In this document: piece by piece, positions 25,516 through 38,782 of the stretch
Numbering within the stretch: position 1 is the first letter of the stretch
Layout: each line of letters begins with the position of its first letter
From: Gracilinanus agilis
Lineage: Eukaryota
Assembly: GCF_016433145.1 (NCBI RefSeq)
Contig: NC_058130.1
Span: forward strand, 421,260,006 to 421,324,005
Length of the DNA stretch: 64,000 nucleotides
Direction of reading: 5' to 3'
Made by a program: the position numbers and the translations under genes
Notes under the pieces: generated by a model
Database searches by the model: none
What the model was told of the DNA's origin: nothing
What the model saw: the letters and a program-made list of their open reading frames with translations, nothing else

Positions 25516-26591
25516 TCAGGGTGACTTGACAAGCTCTTTTAAATCTCTGCTGATGACTTTGCCTTTGCTCAGACAAAAAGAGGAAAAGATAAGGAGTACA
25601 GCAGACAAATTTGGCACTCCCATCACCTCGGCCAGAAAAAATGCCCAGAATTTTGGAAGAAGCTCAAATACAAAAAAAAATTTTTTTTTAAGAAGCAAAC
25701 ACTACAGTGAATTTTAGCACCCTGAGAGTGGAGACACTGGTAAAAAGAGTAACTCTAGGAGATTATTTAAATGCTAAATAATCACTGTTGAGGCAAAAAA
25801 AACCTTATTCTTCATGGGGGACATATATCCAAATTTACTAGTGAAAATATGAAGATGATTCCAGAGAGGATGGAAAATAAGGAAAAGACAGAGAAGGTAT
25901 CCAGGATAGATCCTAAAGAATCTCATTGTAAAACAGAGGCTCTTCAGGGAGCCAGGCAGATGAAGATAAAAGAAAATTTGAAATGCATTGAGAACATTAC
26001 AGCACAGGATTAATCCCCAAGACATTGGTAGGCTTACAAAATCACAGAAGAAAAAACATGAAGCTACTAGGGATTAAAGACTTGAATTCTTCTTGGTGAC
26101 TTGCCTCTAGTCAGCACAAGGTAACTGGTCAACAAGAGTGAATAAAGACCTTGTCCTTTTTCAAAGTCCACACTACATATAAAAACTAGAGATCAGGAAT
26201 TTCTGGTGAATAAATATATTCTAATGTAAACACCTACAAGCATGCAAGAGTCTTCCTCACAGCACCATGCAGGAAAAGGGTCATAACTTTGGGAATGAAT
26301 CCTTCCTGAATAAAATTTTGAAGGTTATCATCAATCTGCATTTGTGGGAGAAATTTCTCCATTCAGGCTTTATATTTTCAGGTAATGGATCCCAGACAAA
26401 TGACATAGATTTCCTCAAACCTGGCAAAACTTGCACAAAGTCTTTCATGCCTTCTATTTAAAAAAAACAACAACTTGACACTGAAAGATTTGAGAAACCA
26501 ACTGGCATATATATATATATAAAACCAGACACACAAAGCACTCAGAAATCTCTGGAGAGTTTAAAACAGATATATTACTTCAAAGAAATTC

Positions 26592-26772
26592 TTTTTATTT
26601 TTTAAACCCTTACTTTCTGTCAGTAACAACTCTAAGACAAAGGCTAGGCAAGCAGGGTTAATTGACTTGCCCAGGGTCAAACAGCTAGGAAGTATCTGAG
26701 GCCAAATTTGAAAGCAGATCCTTCTGACTCCAGACATAGTTAGTACTCTATCCACTGTGCCACCTAACTACC
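26592..26772 (-). mobile_element. SINE1_Mdo-like SINE
   Basis: Poly-T tail, then aaacccttactttctgtc...gacttgcccagggtc...tctatccactgtgccacct. Confidence 0.85.
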
Positions 26773-27342
26773 TCAGAAAACATGTAAACAAATAAGTAAA
26801 TAGATATAAAATAAACACAAAGTAATTTGAAGGACACCAATTATTGGGAGATCATGAAACTTGTCACTTGTGGGAAGGAAGTGGGATAGAAAATATGAGG
26901 TAAGGTTGCCATTGTCTTGGGAATAATCAAACAAATTGTGGTGTATGAATGAAATGGAATATTATTTCATGGGAAGAAAAAAGAATTAAGATGGACAATG
27001 CAGCATAGAGGATACAGGGATGGTTTAAGTTTTGGAAAACTCTGGGGTCTAGTCCCATTTCTGACACATAATGCCTACATGATCCTGGGAATTCACTTAA
27101 CCCATCAGTTCCCTTGACAATTGCTAAGATTCTTCAGTTACCAAATAGTTGCCTATTTGTGCTGCTGGAGAATGTTTTCTCCCCAAGATCTCTTAACCAC
27201 AGTGAAATCACAGGACTATATAAAATAAAAAGACAGTACAAATATAAGAAATTCTGAGAATTATAGTGGGACTTACATGAACTAAAGCCAACTGAAATAT
27301 GAAGAACCAAGATAATGCATACAATAACTACAATAATAAAAA

Positions 27343-27343
<1 letters not shown>

Positions 27344-27398
<55 letters not shown>
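27344..27398. repeat. (CA)n microsatellite, 55 bp, inside an L1 fragment
   Basis: Read directly from the sequence. Confidence 0.97.
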
Positions 27399-27399
<1 letters not shown>

Positions 27400-27402
<3 letters not shown>

Positions 27403-28020
27403 AAGCAGCTAACTCTGCTTTTTTTGTGGTGGCAAGAAATTGGAAACTAAAGGGATGGCCCTCAATTTGGGAATGACTGAACAAGTTGTTGTATATGATG
27501 GTGATGGAATGCTGCTGTGCTATAAGTTATGATGAGATGAATGATTTCTATAAGAACTGGAAAGACCTACTTGAACTGATGTGTAGTGAAATGAGCAGAA
27601 ACAGGAGAACATTATACACAGTAACTGAAATACTGTGGGACAACCAAATGTGACAGCCTTTGCTACTAACAGCAACACAATGATTCAGGACAATTCTGAG
27701 GGACTTATGACAAAGAATGCTATCCACCTCCAGAGAAAGAACTGTTGGAGCAGAAATGCAGGAGAAAGCATGTGATTTATCATTGTTTATTTGGGTATAT
27801 GTTTGGGGAGGGGTTGGTTCTATAAGATTATTCACTTCTAAAAATAAATAATATGGAAATAAGTTTTATGTGAAAATACATGTATAACCCAGATTGCATT
27901 TCTTGTGTGCTCCAGGAGGGGGGAGGGAAGAAAGGAGGGAGACAATATGGATCATATGACTTTGGAGTGGAAATTTGTTATTAAAATTTGTAAATGTTTT
28001 TAATCAAAATTTTAAAAATC
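27400..28020 (+). mobile_element. L1 ORF2 end and 3' UTR (older marsupial subfamily)
   Basis: tttttgtggtggcaagaaattggaaac...gagaacattatacacagtaac...catgtataacccagattg; homologous to 33830-34420. Confidence 0.9.
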
Positions 28021-28263
28021 AAAATCAAAAGTAACTAACTCAGGTTAGTTATGATAACCAAATTTAATCCTTAAGAATGGATGATAAAATCTGCATCTCT
28101 CATCTTGGTGGAGATGTGAAAATCTATATGAGAGAAATATTGTAAAAACTGTCAAGTGTGATCCTGTAATTGTTTAACTTTGCTTAACTTTATTTCTTAG
28201 TCACATAGGAGAGTGGTAGATATTGAGGAATGACTATCCTGTTTAAAAAAATAGCTAAATTGA

Positions 28264-28430
28264 GGGCAGCTGGGTGGCTCAATGGCTTGAGAGCCAGGCC
28301 TAGAGACAGGAGATCCTAGGTTCAAATCTGGCTTCAGACACTTCATAGCTGTGTGACCTTGGATAAGTCACTTAACCCCCATTGCCTAGCCCTTACCACT
28401 CTTCTGCCTTGAAGCCAATACACAGTAATA
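28264..28430 (+). mobile_element. SINE1_Mdo-like SINE
   Basis: gggcagctgggtggctcaatgg (A box) and ggttcaaatctgg (B box). Confidence 0.88.
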
Positions 28431-29169
28431 AATAACTAGATTATTTTATTATTTTATTAATATAACCAATCACAATTATATAATAATTAATATAATTATT
28501 AAATTAACAATTTAATTAATTTAAATAATTCTGATGTCATATCTTAAAGTGAAATTACTTTATCTTAAAATATATTTAATATATAGATATCTTTATTTTA
28601 TTTTATTAAATTAATTATTTTACTAAATTATTTAAATAATTCTGATGCCATATATCCTGTCTTAAAGTAAAATTGGAGATACTGTGCCTTGTAGTAACTA
28701 CAGAATCTCCATGGAGAAGATCCATGGATTACAAGCATTAGATACTATAGCAAACTTGAGGAAAGAAAAGGATGGAGTAGAAAGCAATGAGATAGCTCTG
28801 TAGCCTGTGGAAATGAGTCTACATAATTATAGCACATATAACACACACATATATATTCAGAAATACAAACAACTGGTTCAACTCTGCCTCTGGAATAATT
28901 CTCTGAGTCAATGAACAAATATTTTTTGAATGTATATTGTGCACTCAACTATGTGGTCTAACAACAATACTTCAAAAACCAGGTTCACAAACTATATCCA
29001 TGATCTGCCCCACCCCCCAGGGTAGAGCTAGTTGTTTTAGCTTTCCAACAAGGAAAAAGGACATATCTTTTTTTTTCTCTTGAAGTAGAGATATGTGCTA
29101 AGACTGTCACACTTTGACGGGTAGAGATCAGTGACTTTAAAGTGCAAAAATAATATATTTTCCCATTTT

Positions 29170-30050
29170 TATCAGCTAATTGGGTAAAGGCATACATGGT
29201 AAACGTATAAAATTCACAGATGACACACATCTGGGAGAGATAACTACAGTGGTGCATGACAATCAGAATCCAAAAGGATCTTGGCAGACTAACACACTAG
29301 AATGAATATTAATATTAGGAAATTCAATGGGGATAAATGAAAAATCCTACATTTGAGTATAAGAAATCAGTGTCACAAGTATATGACAGGAGGTATGAAT
29401 AGACAGCAGATGTTCTGAAAAACATCTGGAGGTTTTAGTTAACTACAAGCTCTATATAAGTCAGCGATATGATGTAGCAGTCAAAATAGTTAATGAGATC
29501 TTACATTTGGAGGAGTAAAAGAAATTCCAGAAATGGGGAAGTGATAATTCCACTATACTCTGTCTTTATCAGGCCTTATCTGGAATATGTTCTGTCTGAG
29601 TACCATGGTTTTAGAAGAACCCTGACAAACTGGAGAGTGTCCAAAGAAGGGTAACAAGATAAGGATTTTGTCTTAAATCCATGTCAGATGAGGACTGAAG
29701 CAACTAGGCATGTTTAGCCTGGAGAAAAATCTCAAGGGACCCATGATAGTTTTCCTAATGTATCTGAAGGGCTGTCATGTGGTAGAGGGATTAGACTTGT
29801 TCCATTTGTCCCCAGAGAGCAAAAGCATGAACAATGGTTGAAAACTGCAAAGAGGCTAATTTAGAATTGATGTCAAGATAAGCCTCCTAACAATTAAAGC
29901 TGTCCGAAAGTGGAATGGGTTGTCGCCTTGAGAGGTGATGGGTTCTCCTTCCTTGGAGGTCTTCAAATCAATTGTCAGGTATACTGCAGTAAGGATTCCT
30001 TTATCTAAGGATGAATTGGACAGCTGCTAATGTCCCTTTCAACTCTCAGA
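29170..30050 (+). mobile_element. CR1/L3 (Plat_L3-like) LINE, RT region to 3' end
   Basis: ataaaattcacagatgacac (the KFADD motif), gatcttggcagact, gtccaaagaagggtaacaag, gtttagcctggagaa and a 3' gtccctttcaactct. Confidence 0.9.
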
Positions 30051-31771
30051 ACAAAAACTGCCCCTACAAAGATTCCCTGGATAGGTTTCTAGGGGTCCAA
30101 AAACTTAGATGGAAGAAAAAAATTTAGATACTTATTTTCACCAACATCTAAGTGAAATTTGGTATTCCTTTCAATTTTTTAAAAGTTGTATTCAGAGAAG
30201 GGGTCCAGACTACTAACAGTAGCCAAGATAGATCCTCCCCCAAAAAGGTTAAGAACTCATGATTCTAGAAGATCTAAAAGCATTGTAGACCAAGTCCACC
30301 TAGTTAACCTACATGACTGTTTCCCTCCCTCTGGTAGATGCCCATCAATGAGACTGTTCAGCTAATTCTTTCGAGGAATTTACTTTCTTCTGATTTCATA
30401 TTCATTCAGTTAGCAAATATTTATAAAGTGACTACTAAGTATATTACGCAGTTTTAGATGGTCTGGGAAACATAAATATACAAGACACAGTTCTTGCCTT
30501 CATCAAGTAAACTTTCCCTTTTGATTTACCAGCCAAGAAGGATTCCCTACTGGGAAAAGAATAAGCTGACAACCTTAAATACATCTATACATCATTACAT
30601 TTACTATAGATTGTTTAACTGACTTTTTGCTTCAAAGCAGTCTCATGAGAATGGATGGTGGGTAGAGTGAGACAATTTTTTTAAATTGATTACCCCTAGA
30701 TAAGTCGAAAACTTCAGACCTGCAGATTTGGGAAAACTAATACAAGCAAAGAACAGCAGTCACCCCGAAGTCCTTAATCTGCTTCTTACTATATAATAAC
30801 AATACAAATTTGCAGACCTTTGCAAGGCACTTTACAAATATCACCTTATTTTGTCATCACAACAACCCTGATGTAAGTAAGTGCTCATCTATTTTATAGA
30901 TGAGGAAACTGAGACATGTCACATAGGGTGACATAACTCTCTGAGGTCACATCTGAACTTGCACCCTGACTCCAGAGATTCTCCTATGGTTCTAGGAGTA
31001 GAGAGTTAATTGTATAAAGGAAAAATAGAAAGCAAAGTCTATGCAGTCACTTTCGACATTATAGCTAATCTTTAAGGAAAGTCTGTAACTACTTTGGATA
31101 AATATCTAAAATAAATATCTCTCTCAAAAGCCTTGTTCTCTAGTTTAACTTACTATATTATGAAGTATACTTATATTCATCCACATAGGAATCTTTACTA
31201 GAAATCATAACCCATACAAGCCTCACAGACAGACAAACACAATGAAAAAAAATCATTAGCAGTGGTTGCCCAAGGCCTGAATTTAAGCCCCAGCTCTGCT
31301 ACTATGTGATCAAGAACAAATTATTTCAAGGTCTCCTGGCCTTAATTTCCTCATGCATAAAATCCTATTCTAATTAGAGTAGATGACCTCTGAAGTCCCT
31401 TCCAGTTCTAAATTCATAAAGTGTCTTGTACTATGTGAATCTCATCCATGTTTTCCCATAAACTACTTAAACACTTCAGTTTAATCCCCTTGATGATGGA
31501 AAAGGACTCTCTCTAAAGACCTCCTATCTGAAAACCTAACTATTACTCTATTGCCTTTGAGGAGATACACTTACAAATACAATTTGCACTGGATTTAAAG
31601 TCAGAAAGATCTAGATTCAAAACCCAACTTGGATCCTATCCATGTCACCCTGAGTAACTCACTGAACTGCTCTGTGCCTCAGTTTCCTCATCTGTAAAAT
31701 AAGGGGACTGGACACAATGGCCTCTAGGATACCCCTACCAAACTCTAAATCTATGATCTGATTACCTTGGG

Positions 31772-31977
31772 GTTTTTTTTAGATTTTTTTTTATTCTTTT
31801 TAAACCCTTAACTTCTGTGTATTGACTTATAGGTGGAAGAGTGGTAAGGGTGGGCAATGGGGGTCAAGTGACTTGCCCCAGGTCACACAGCTGGGAAGTG
31901 TCTGAGGCAGGATGTGAACCTAGGACCTCCCATCTCTAGGCCTGGCTCTCAATCCACTGAGCTACCCAGCTGCCCCC
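31772..31977 (-). mobile_element. Young full-length SINE1_Mdo with TSD
   Basis: 13-bp TSD tgattaccttggg at 31759-31771 and 31978-31990; intact A and B boxes. Confidence 0.95.
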
Positions 31978-33428
31978 TGATTACCTTGGGTTTTAAAAAA
32001 ACCTATAACTTTTGCTTCATTCCTTTCCAAAAGAATTTACTGGTCAAGTCAATGAACCAGTTCAAACTCAAGAGAAATCTAAAACACAGCAAATGCCCTC
32101 CTCATCAGCCCTATGAAAAGCTCCCATTGTGCCTAAGATGAATAGCATCCCTTAAAACAGGACTTTATATGGTAACCTACCAATAAAACCCCAGAATAAG
32201 TTTTAGGCAACATAAAAATGAAATAACTATGATGGAGATACATCTCTTAGGCATAACCAAGTGAGCAATGAATACGTCCATGTTCCCCAAAGCAGTGATG
32301 ACTCTTCCTCAGACTCAGTATTCACGAGACCTGTTTCTTACACCTGAATAGGATCATTTCCCATAATAATGTTCCAGGCAACCTGCTGTCCTATGCTGTT
32401 CTCTCTCTGGTAAAGCCTACGGTTCTCTGGTGCTAATGTCAGGGCATCTCTGAACCAATGCATATATATTTCCATAGAATTATAACACAACTGGAAGCAA
32501 TCTTGACAATCACCTAGCTCACCTTTCCAGCCCCATTCCCCTCATTTTACAGGTGAAGAGATTTGAGACCCATGAAGTTAAGTGATTTACCCAAGGTCAT
32601 GAAGCTATCCAGAGGAAAAGAGACAGAGCTAGAACCAGGTCTCTTTTGAACAATGCTTCTTCAATGATACAAATAACTATAGCACCACTATGACTCTTCT
32701 AAGAAGTAGAGGGAACAAAACAAAGGTAGGAAAGAGGGGAATACCTCAACTTCACATTACTGATTGTTAACTCCTGTTTTCCTATTAATAGTGTCCATTT
32801 CAAAAACTTTATACTCCATCTACTCAGCAATTGTCTTTGTTAGAGACTGGCTCACTGCCACTTGGGACTGTCTGCTAAGACTTAGACATTCCCAGCACAG
32901 GAACTGCATGGGGCATCAGACAGTTATCTCTAACCTTTGCCATAACATTATTGAACCTCAACCAAAAAAATTACTAGCATAAAAAATATCTCTTCACAGT
33001 TATGAGTGAGGACCCAATGTTATTGCTGACCTAACAGATTCCAATGAAGAAAGAAAAAAATGGATTTTTCAATGAAATAATTTTATTTTGTAGCTATCTT
33101 TTTTGTATTATTTTTTTGAGAATCTACCTTCCCAACACAATTTTTCCCATTTTTATATATAAATTATATCTTTTGTTTCTATTTATATATTTAATTATTA
33201 TTTTAATTTAATTTATTACTTTTATTAGACATAAAATATTTATGTATATAAGTAAATTATTTAGTTCAACTATTATTTTAAATCAATCAGCAACAACACC
33301 AAAATACTATAGGACACTAAACTGTTAAATAGAATATATCATATCCTACTCTTCAACCTTCAGCTTGGAGTTTTGAAAAATAGATGGTATCTCTCACATT
33401 TGTTTCAAATGTAAATATTTGGAGATAN

Positions 33429-34424
33429 ATCAAGCCATTCCCCAATTGATAAATGGGCAAGAGACATGAATAGGCAATTTTCAGGTAAAGAAATCAAAAG
33501 TATCAATAAGCACATGAGAAAGTGTTCCAAATCTCTAATAATTAGAGAAATGCAAATCAAAACAACTCTGAGGTATCACCTCACACCTAGTAGATTGGCT
33601 AAAATGAAGGAAGGGGAGAGTAATGAATGTTGGAGGGGATGTGGCAAAATTGGGACATTAATGCATTGCTGGTGGAGCTGTGAACTGATCCAGCCATTCT
33701 GGCTGGCAATTTGGAATCATGCTCAAAGGGCTATAAAAGAATGCCTGCCCTTTGATCCAGCCATACCATTGCTGGGTTTGTACCCCAAAGAGATCATAGA
33801 TAAACAGACTTGTACAAAAATATTTATAGCTGCGCTTTTTGTGGTGGCAACAAATTGGAAAAGGAGGGTACGTCCTTCAATTGGGGAATGGCTGAACAAA
33901 CTGTGGTATATGCGGGTGATGGAATACTATTGCACTCAAAGGAATAATAAACTGGAGGAGTTCCAGGCGAACTGGAGAGACCTCCAGGAACTGATGCAGA
34001 GTGAAAGGAGCAGAGCCAGAAGAACATTGTACACAGAGACTGATATACTGTGGTAAAATTGAATGTAATGGACCTCTGTACCAGCAGCAATACAATGACC
34101 CAGGACAATTCTGAGGGATTTATGGTAAAGAATGCTACCCACATTCAGAGGAAGGACTGCAGGAGAGGAAACATATAAGAAAAACAACTGCTTGAACGCA
34201 TGGGTCGGGGTGGACATGATTGAGGGTGTGGACTCGAAATTACCACACCAATGCAACTACCAACAATTTGGAAAATGGTCTTGATCAAGGACACGTGACA
34301 AAACTAGTGGAAATGTGCATCGGCCATGGGTGGGGGGATTGCGGGGGGCGAAGGGGAAAGGAGGAGCATGAATCATGTAACCATGTTAAAAATGAATATT
34401 AATAAATGTTTGAAAAAAAAAAAA
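33429..34424 (+). mobile_element. 5'-truncated young L1 (L1_Mdo-like), about 1 kb with poly-A
   Basis: Uninterrupted ORF2 C-terminus, a 3' UTR with a G-rich tract, aataaatgtt and an A-tail. Confidence 0.97.
33466..34056 (+). pseudogene. L1 ORF2p C-terminal 196 aa (non-functional truncated copy)
   Basis: KCSKSLIIREMQIKTTLRYHLTP, the cysteine-rich motif CWRGCGKIGTLMHCWW and FIAALFVVA; open to the apparent natural stop. Confidence 0.93.
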
Positions 34425-34541
34425 GGATTGGGTCCAAGATCCTGTTTTCACACACAATGGCTATGTGAACCATGGGCAAATCAGTTAAATGATTGCTACC
34501 CTAGACAGCTCTCTAGAGTTTTTAGTCTAAGAATCCTGAAT

Positions 34542-34593
34542 GAGAGAGAGACAGACAGACAGACAGAGACAGAGAAAGAGAAAGAGACAGAGA
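34542..34593. repeat. (GA)/(GACA) compound microsatellite
   Basis: Read directly from the sequence. Confidence 0.9.
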
Positions 34594-35907
34594 AAATTTC
34601 AATACAACTGATTCCTTTGTAGTCGTACATATTTTATTTTAAGCATTTAAAATATAATTCTGATAAGAAGTCCATAGGTATTACCAGATTGTGAAAGAGG
34701 TCCATAACATTAGAAACTCTTGCTCTAAGTCTCAAGATTGCAGAATGGGGCTATTGAAACAAATAGTCTGCCCCAAAATATGAACATGCATGAGATCAGT
34801 GTCATCTGCATGCCTGTAAAGACAGCCCTTCTTTTGGTACAACTGAGTAAGAAAAGGGAGTAGAAAAGCCAGGACCCCTAAACCTGTCATCTGCATGCCT
34901 GACCCTAAGGCTTGCCACTCCATCTGAGCTATACCCAGAACAACTATTTTCCCTCCCTATCTCTTTCTCTCCCTTTCTCCCTGCCAGATTTCACCTCTAT
35001 GCATAGATAAGACTAATTCACATTAGGAGGGTATCAGTCCACAGTTCCCAGAGCTCAGTCTTCCCTCTACAGCCTTTATTTGGCTAGGAAAAGCAATTGC
35101 CAAGTAGAGCACATTTTGCTACTAAAAACATTCTGAGTTGTTACTTGGGTCCTTCAACAGGCTGAATAAACAGTCTCTCTCTGAGAATTTAAACCCCATC
35201 TGCTATACAAAATAGAGCCAAAAAAACAAAGGGTTTGGGGGAAGGGTCCTACCATGGTTTTAATGTTCTTGGGTGGGAGAGTGGGGGGAATATTTTGATT
35301 CTGTATCTTGGCTTGTCAGGAAAAAAGTGAGTGTCAAAGGACAGGGAACAACATAGATGCCTGCTGATGATAAAGTCAACGTCACCGGACCAGCTCATTT
35401 CCCAAATTAGCCAAGAAAACATCCCAATACAAACCAGGGACAGTTAGCAGAGATACCATTAAATGTAATTGATTGTCATGCCTATTTTGGGCTTACTGCT
35501 GAGAGCTCTGCTCCCTGCCTTCCAGGGGCCCACCTCTTGTATCACTTGATAAAAATTGCCATTGAAGTAAGGGCTGAGAAACTGCAGGGTCCCGGGCAGC
35601 TGAACTTGGCTCAGAATCTGCTCCCAACCAAGTTCCTGGTTTCCTAAGCCAAAAAAATTATTGACTTTTTTCACTGTTGTCTTTGCTCTACTCATAGACT
35701 CCTTGGTAAATGAGTGTACACTACAAAGTCAGGAACTGGTGCCCCATAATTAACACAGAGCTGGGAACAGTGTACTAACCTCTACAGCCTGCTCTACTTT
35801 TTCATGAAAAATCAAGTAAAAAGAAGTTGGTATTTAAACACATGCTCCACTGGTTTTGTGAACAGACTAAGTTTTAACACAACTTTGATTCATTAAAAGT
35901 GGATGTA

Positions 35908-36094
35908 GGGGCAGCTGGGTAGCTCAGTGGATTGAGAGCCAGGCCTAGAGACAGGAGGTCCTAGGTTCAAATCCGGCCTCAGACGCTTCCCAGCTGTGTG
36001 ACCCTGGGCAAGTCACTTGACCCCCATTGCCTACCCTTACCAATCTTCCACCTATAAGTCAATACCCAGAAGTTAAGGGTTTAAAATTAAAAAA
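35908..36094 (+). mobile_element. Young full-length SINE1_Mdo with TSD
   Basis: TSD aaaagtggatgta / aaaagtggatata (12 of 13). A box tagctcagtgg, B box ggttcaaatcc, and retained CpGs. Confidence 0.95.
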
Positions 36095-36589
36095 AAAAGT
36101 GGATATAAACAAAACTGGGCAGTGAGTTCTTTCACCTAGTTTGTAGTTCTTCACAGAAAGGTTTTAATATGTCAAGCTAACATAACAAGATGAATTGTGT
36201 GGGGACAGGGGCTTAAACCCCATCCTGATAATCCTGATGTGTCTTACACTGCATCCATAAAACAGAAAAGTATTTCTTCTCCCTTCCTTCCATCTATTCC
36301 AACAGCTCCGTAGCAATACAGAAGCATGCCTAGTGATTGAAAAGGAGACTCTTTCCCTCTGAGTAGATCAGCATTCTCGAAGTGGGTTGGATTAAAGTTA
36401 CTCAGTTGCCCAATTATGAAGGCTAACTTAGTGACATATGTAAATATGTTCAGAACAAATTAGTCAGTAAAGTCATTAGCCAAAAAAAATTTGGAAAAGT
36501 TTTTGTTGAGTATAGAGTCTAATAACTAAACTAATATCTCTTTTCTCCTTTTTTAAATTTACCTCACAAATTTAAAATGAAAGATGGTT

Positions 36590-36790
36590 TCCCCAGAATG
36601 AATTGAGAGTTGGCCTTGGAGTCAGGAAGACTTCAATTCAAGTCCCACCTTAGACACATCTTGGCTGAGTGACCCTGGGCAAAGCTCTTAACCTTTCAAA
36701 GGTTCAATCAGTTTTCTAGGACTGAAGAACAAGTGTCACTATGCATTAGTATGGTAAAGTTTCTCACTGGGAGTTCCCTATATCTAAAAC
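36590..36790 (+). mobile_element. WSINE1-like CORE-SINE; similar copies at about 27000-27150 and 54255-54420
   Basis: gagagttggccttggagtcaggaagac...gaccctgggcaaagc...ttctcactgggagttccct. Confidence 0.65.
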
Positions 36791-37040
36791 CATTTTAAAG
36801 CAAAAAGGAAGATATTTTTGTCTCCTTTCAAAGTATTTTCTCATTTAGAGAAACGTCTGTCTTCACAACTAAATCATGTTTCCTTCATAGGACAGGGCAA
36901 AAAGTGGGGTGGGAAGGAGAGGACAGTCTTCTGTTTCCTATTACTCTTAGAGTTCTGCACAATCAATTAACTATTTAATTTAATATTGTAAGAAGTGTGG
37001 GGGGGGGGGGTTCAATGATCGGGAAAACTCCCAGGTCTCT

Positions 37041-38280
37041 TGTAATGGAATGCCTCCCATGAATCTAGGAATATGCACTCTGACTAGGGGAGGGGGAGAA
37101 AGATGTATTTCCTCAGCATAAAGCAAAACATAAAGCAAGAGCATGTATGCTCAGTTCCACAGGAGGCACCCCAATTTCAGTAGATCGGGAAGTTCTCCTG
37201 ATTTCCTGCAATTATACTAAGAACTATCAAACCAGGCAGCTGCTAAGATCATAAAAACATTGTGTACTATCACCTAACAACCTTGCCTCCAACTGAGGGG
37301 AACTCCAGTCCAGATGAGGAGAGGGTGAGGAAAGAAGAATCAACCCTGAAGCTGTTTCTTTCTAGCCTAGAACTTGGGCTATTGAGACTCTGAAGGGGAA
37401 AAGGCAGCTGACAGTGCTGATGGTGTTATAATCAATAATCTGGGAAGAGATGGATGCCACCTTGACTGACAGGGATGGAAGTTGAGAGACTCGGAATGTT
37501 CCCAGGTGCCAAGAGCCAGGGGCCTCACCCTATATATATACCCCTCACAGCCACTTTGGAGGGAAGTCTCTGGCCTGAGGAAGTCTCTGGACTCAGAAGT
37601 CTCTAGACTCAGAAGCTGAGAGCTGGAGATCACAGATCTTTGCAAACCTCTGTGGTTCAATCTGGGCAGTGGGTGGTTAGAAGGGTGGTTGAAGGGTGGA
37701 AAGGGTGATTTAGGAAGAAGAGGATAGGAATAAGCCTGAATCTATTTCCTGATAGATTGTGAGAGCTAGTGAATCATCAACACTAGTAGTGAGAGAGTTG
37801 AGAGAATAAAGATCATCAATACATCTGCAGCAATAGCCTGCCCTATTCTCTGGCTTGGCTGTGGCAAGGTCCAGCCAGAGATAAAGGGAAAGGGTGAAAT
37901 CTCAAGCCTCCACCAGATTAATAGCCTCCAGTCCTGATTGTTAATTAGTCTAATAGATAATAGATCAATAGGGTTTCCAATCCCCAATCCTTGACCTTGT
38001 TATCCTTTCTCTACTTATAGATAAAAGAGTGTTCAACAACAAGTACCTTCCGGAGTGGTCTTTCTATCACAGCCCTTGGGAAGGGAATCAAATACAGTCA
38101 GATCCTGAATGTTATCCAAGGCAGATCAATAGCCCAATACTAATTTATCCAACCCCAGGTTGGGCCTGGAAAGGTTACCCATCTATCTAACCCTTCAAGG
38201 GTCCTTACTTAGGCAGCTGTCACAGAATCCCTAACAGGTTATCAACCAAACCTGTTAGAGAGAGAAGGGGATATCTTACA
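37041..38280 (+). mobile_element. Probable solo ERV LTR, about 1.24 kb
   Basis: TGTAA...TTACA ends, a TATA-like tatatatata at 37531-37540, tandem gaagtctct(g/a)gactca units at 37563-37618, and AATAAA at 37805-37810. No TSD found. Confidence 0.7.
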
Positions 38281-38782
38281 GCAGTAGTCAAGGTGATAGG
38301 AGTAGGTGTTCCTCCCACCAACTGCAGCTGAGGAGATTATAGATAGATACACATCATCACCATCATTATACATCTATACCCTTGTACCCTTTATTTCTAT
38401 AATGATAGCCACCTTAGTCCCTCAACAAATACAAGCTTAGGAATACAAGCTGATACAATGGATCAGGATTATGATTGGGCCATACTATCAACTGGTTCAA
38501 ATATAAGGACAGAAACCTCAGCAGTTAAAAAGAGGATTGTGCCTTTTCAAACAGTGAAGACACTAATGATACCACAAAACAAATGGGAGAAATTAATCTG
38601 TAATCACTCAGATTCACTGAGTTCACTGATGCCCCTATTAATTACTACATGTTTTCAATATACTCCTATCTTCTTTTGTTTTTATTTGCTTGTTAGTTGT
38701 ATATGTGTCCTGTAGAGCTATATGTGTGTTACTGTTTGTTAGTTATGAATCATTTAGGTCTTATTTGTATATGTACTCATTT

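Noticed and set aside
25526-25717. Repeat-free stretch with open frames on both strands
   Set aside because: No recognisable protein similarity or convincing splice boundaries in any frame I translated.
27134-27394. 86-aa ORF beginning MCVCVCV
   Set aside because: It is a translation of the (CA)n microsatellite.
33824-34622. Additional ORFs around the L1
   Set aside because: They are antisense or 3' UTR read-throughs of the L1 fragment.
35908-35990. A and B boxes suggesting a tRNA gene
   Set aside because: They belong to a tRNA-derived SINE head with a CORE domain and TSDs; there is no cloverleaf with an acceptor stem.
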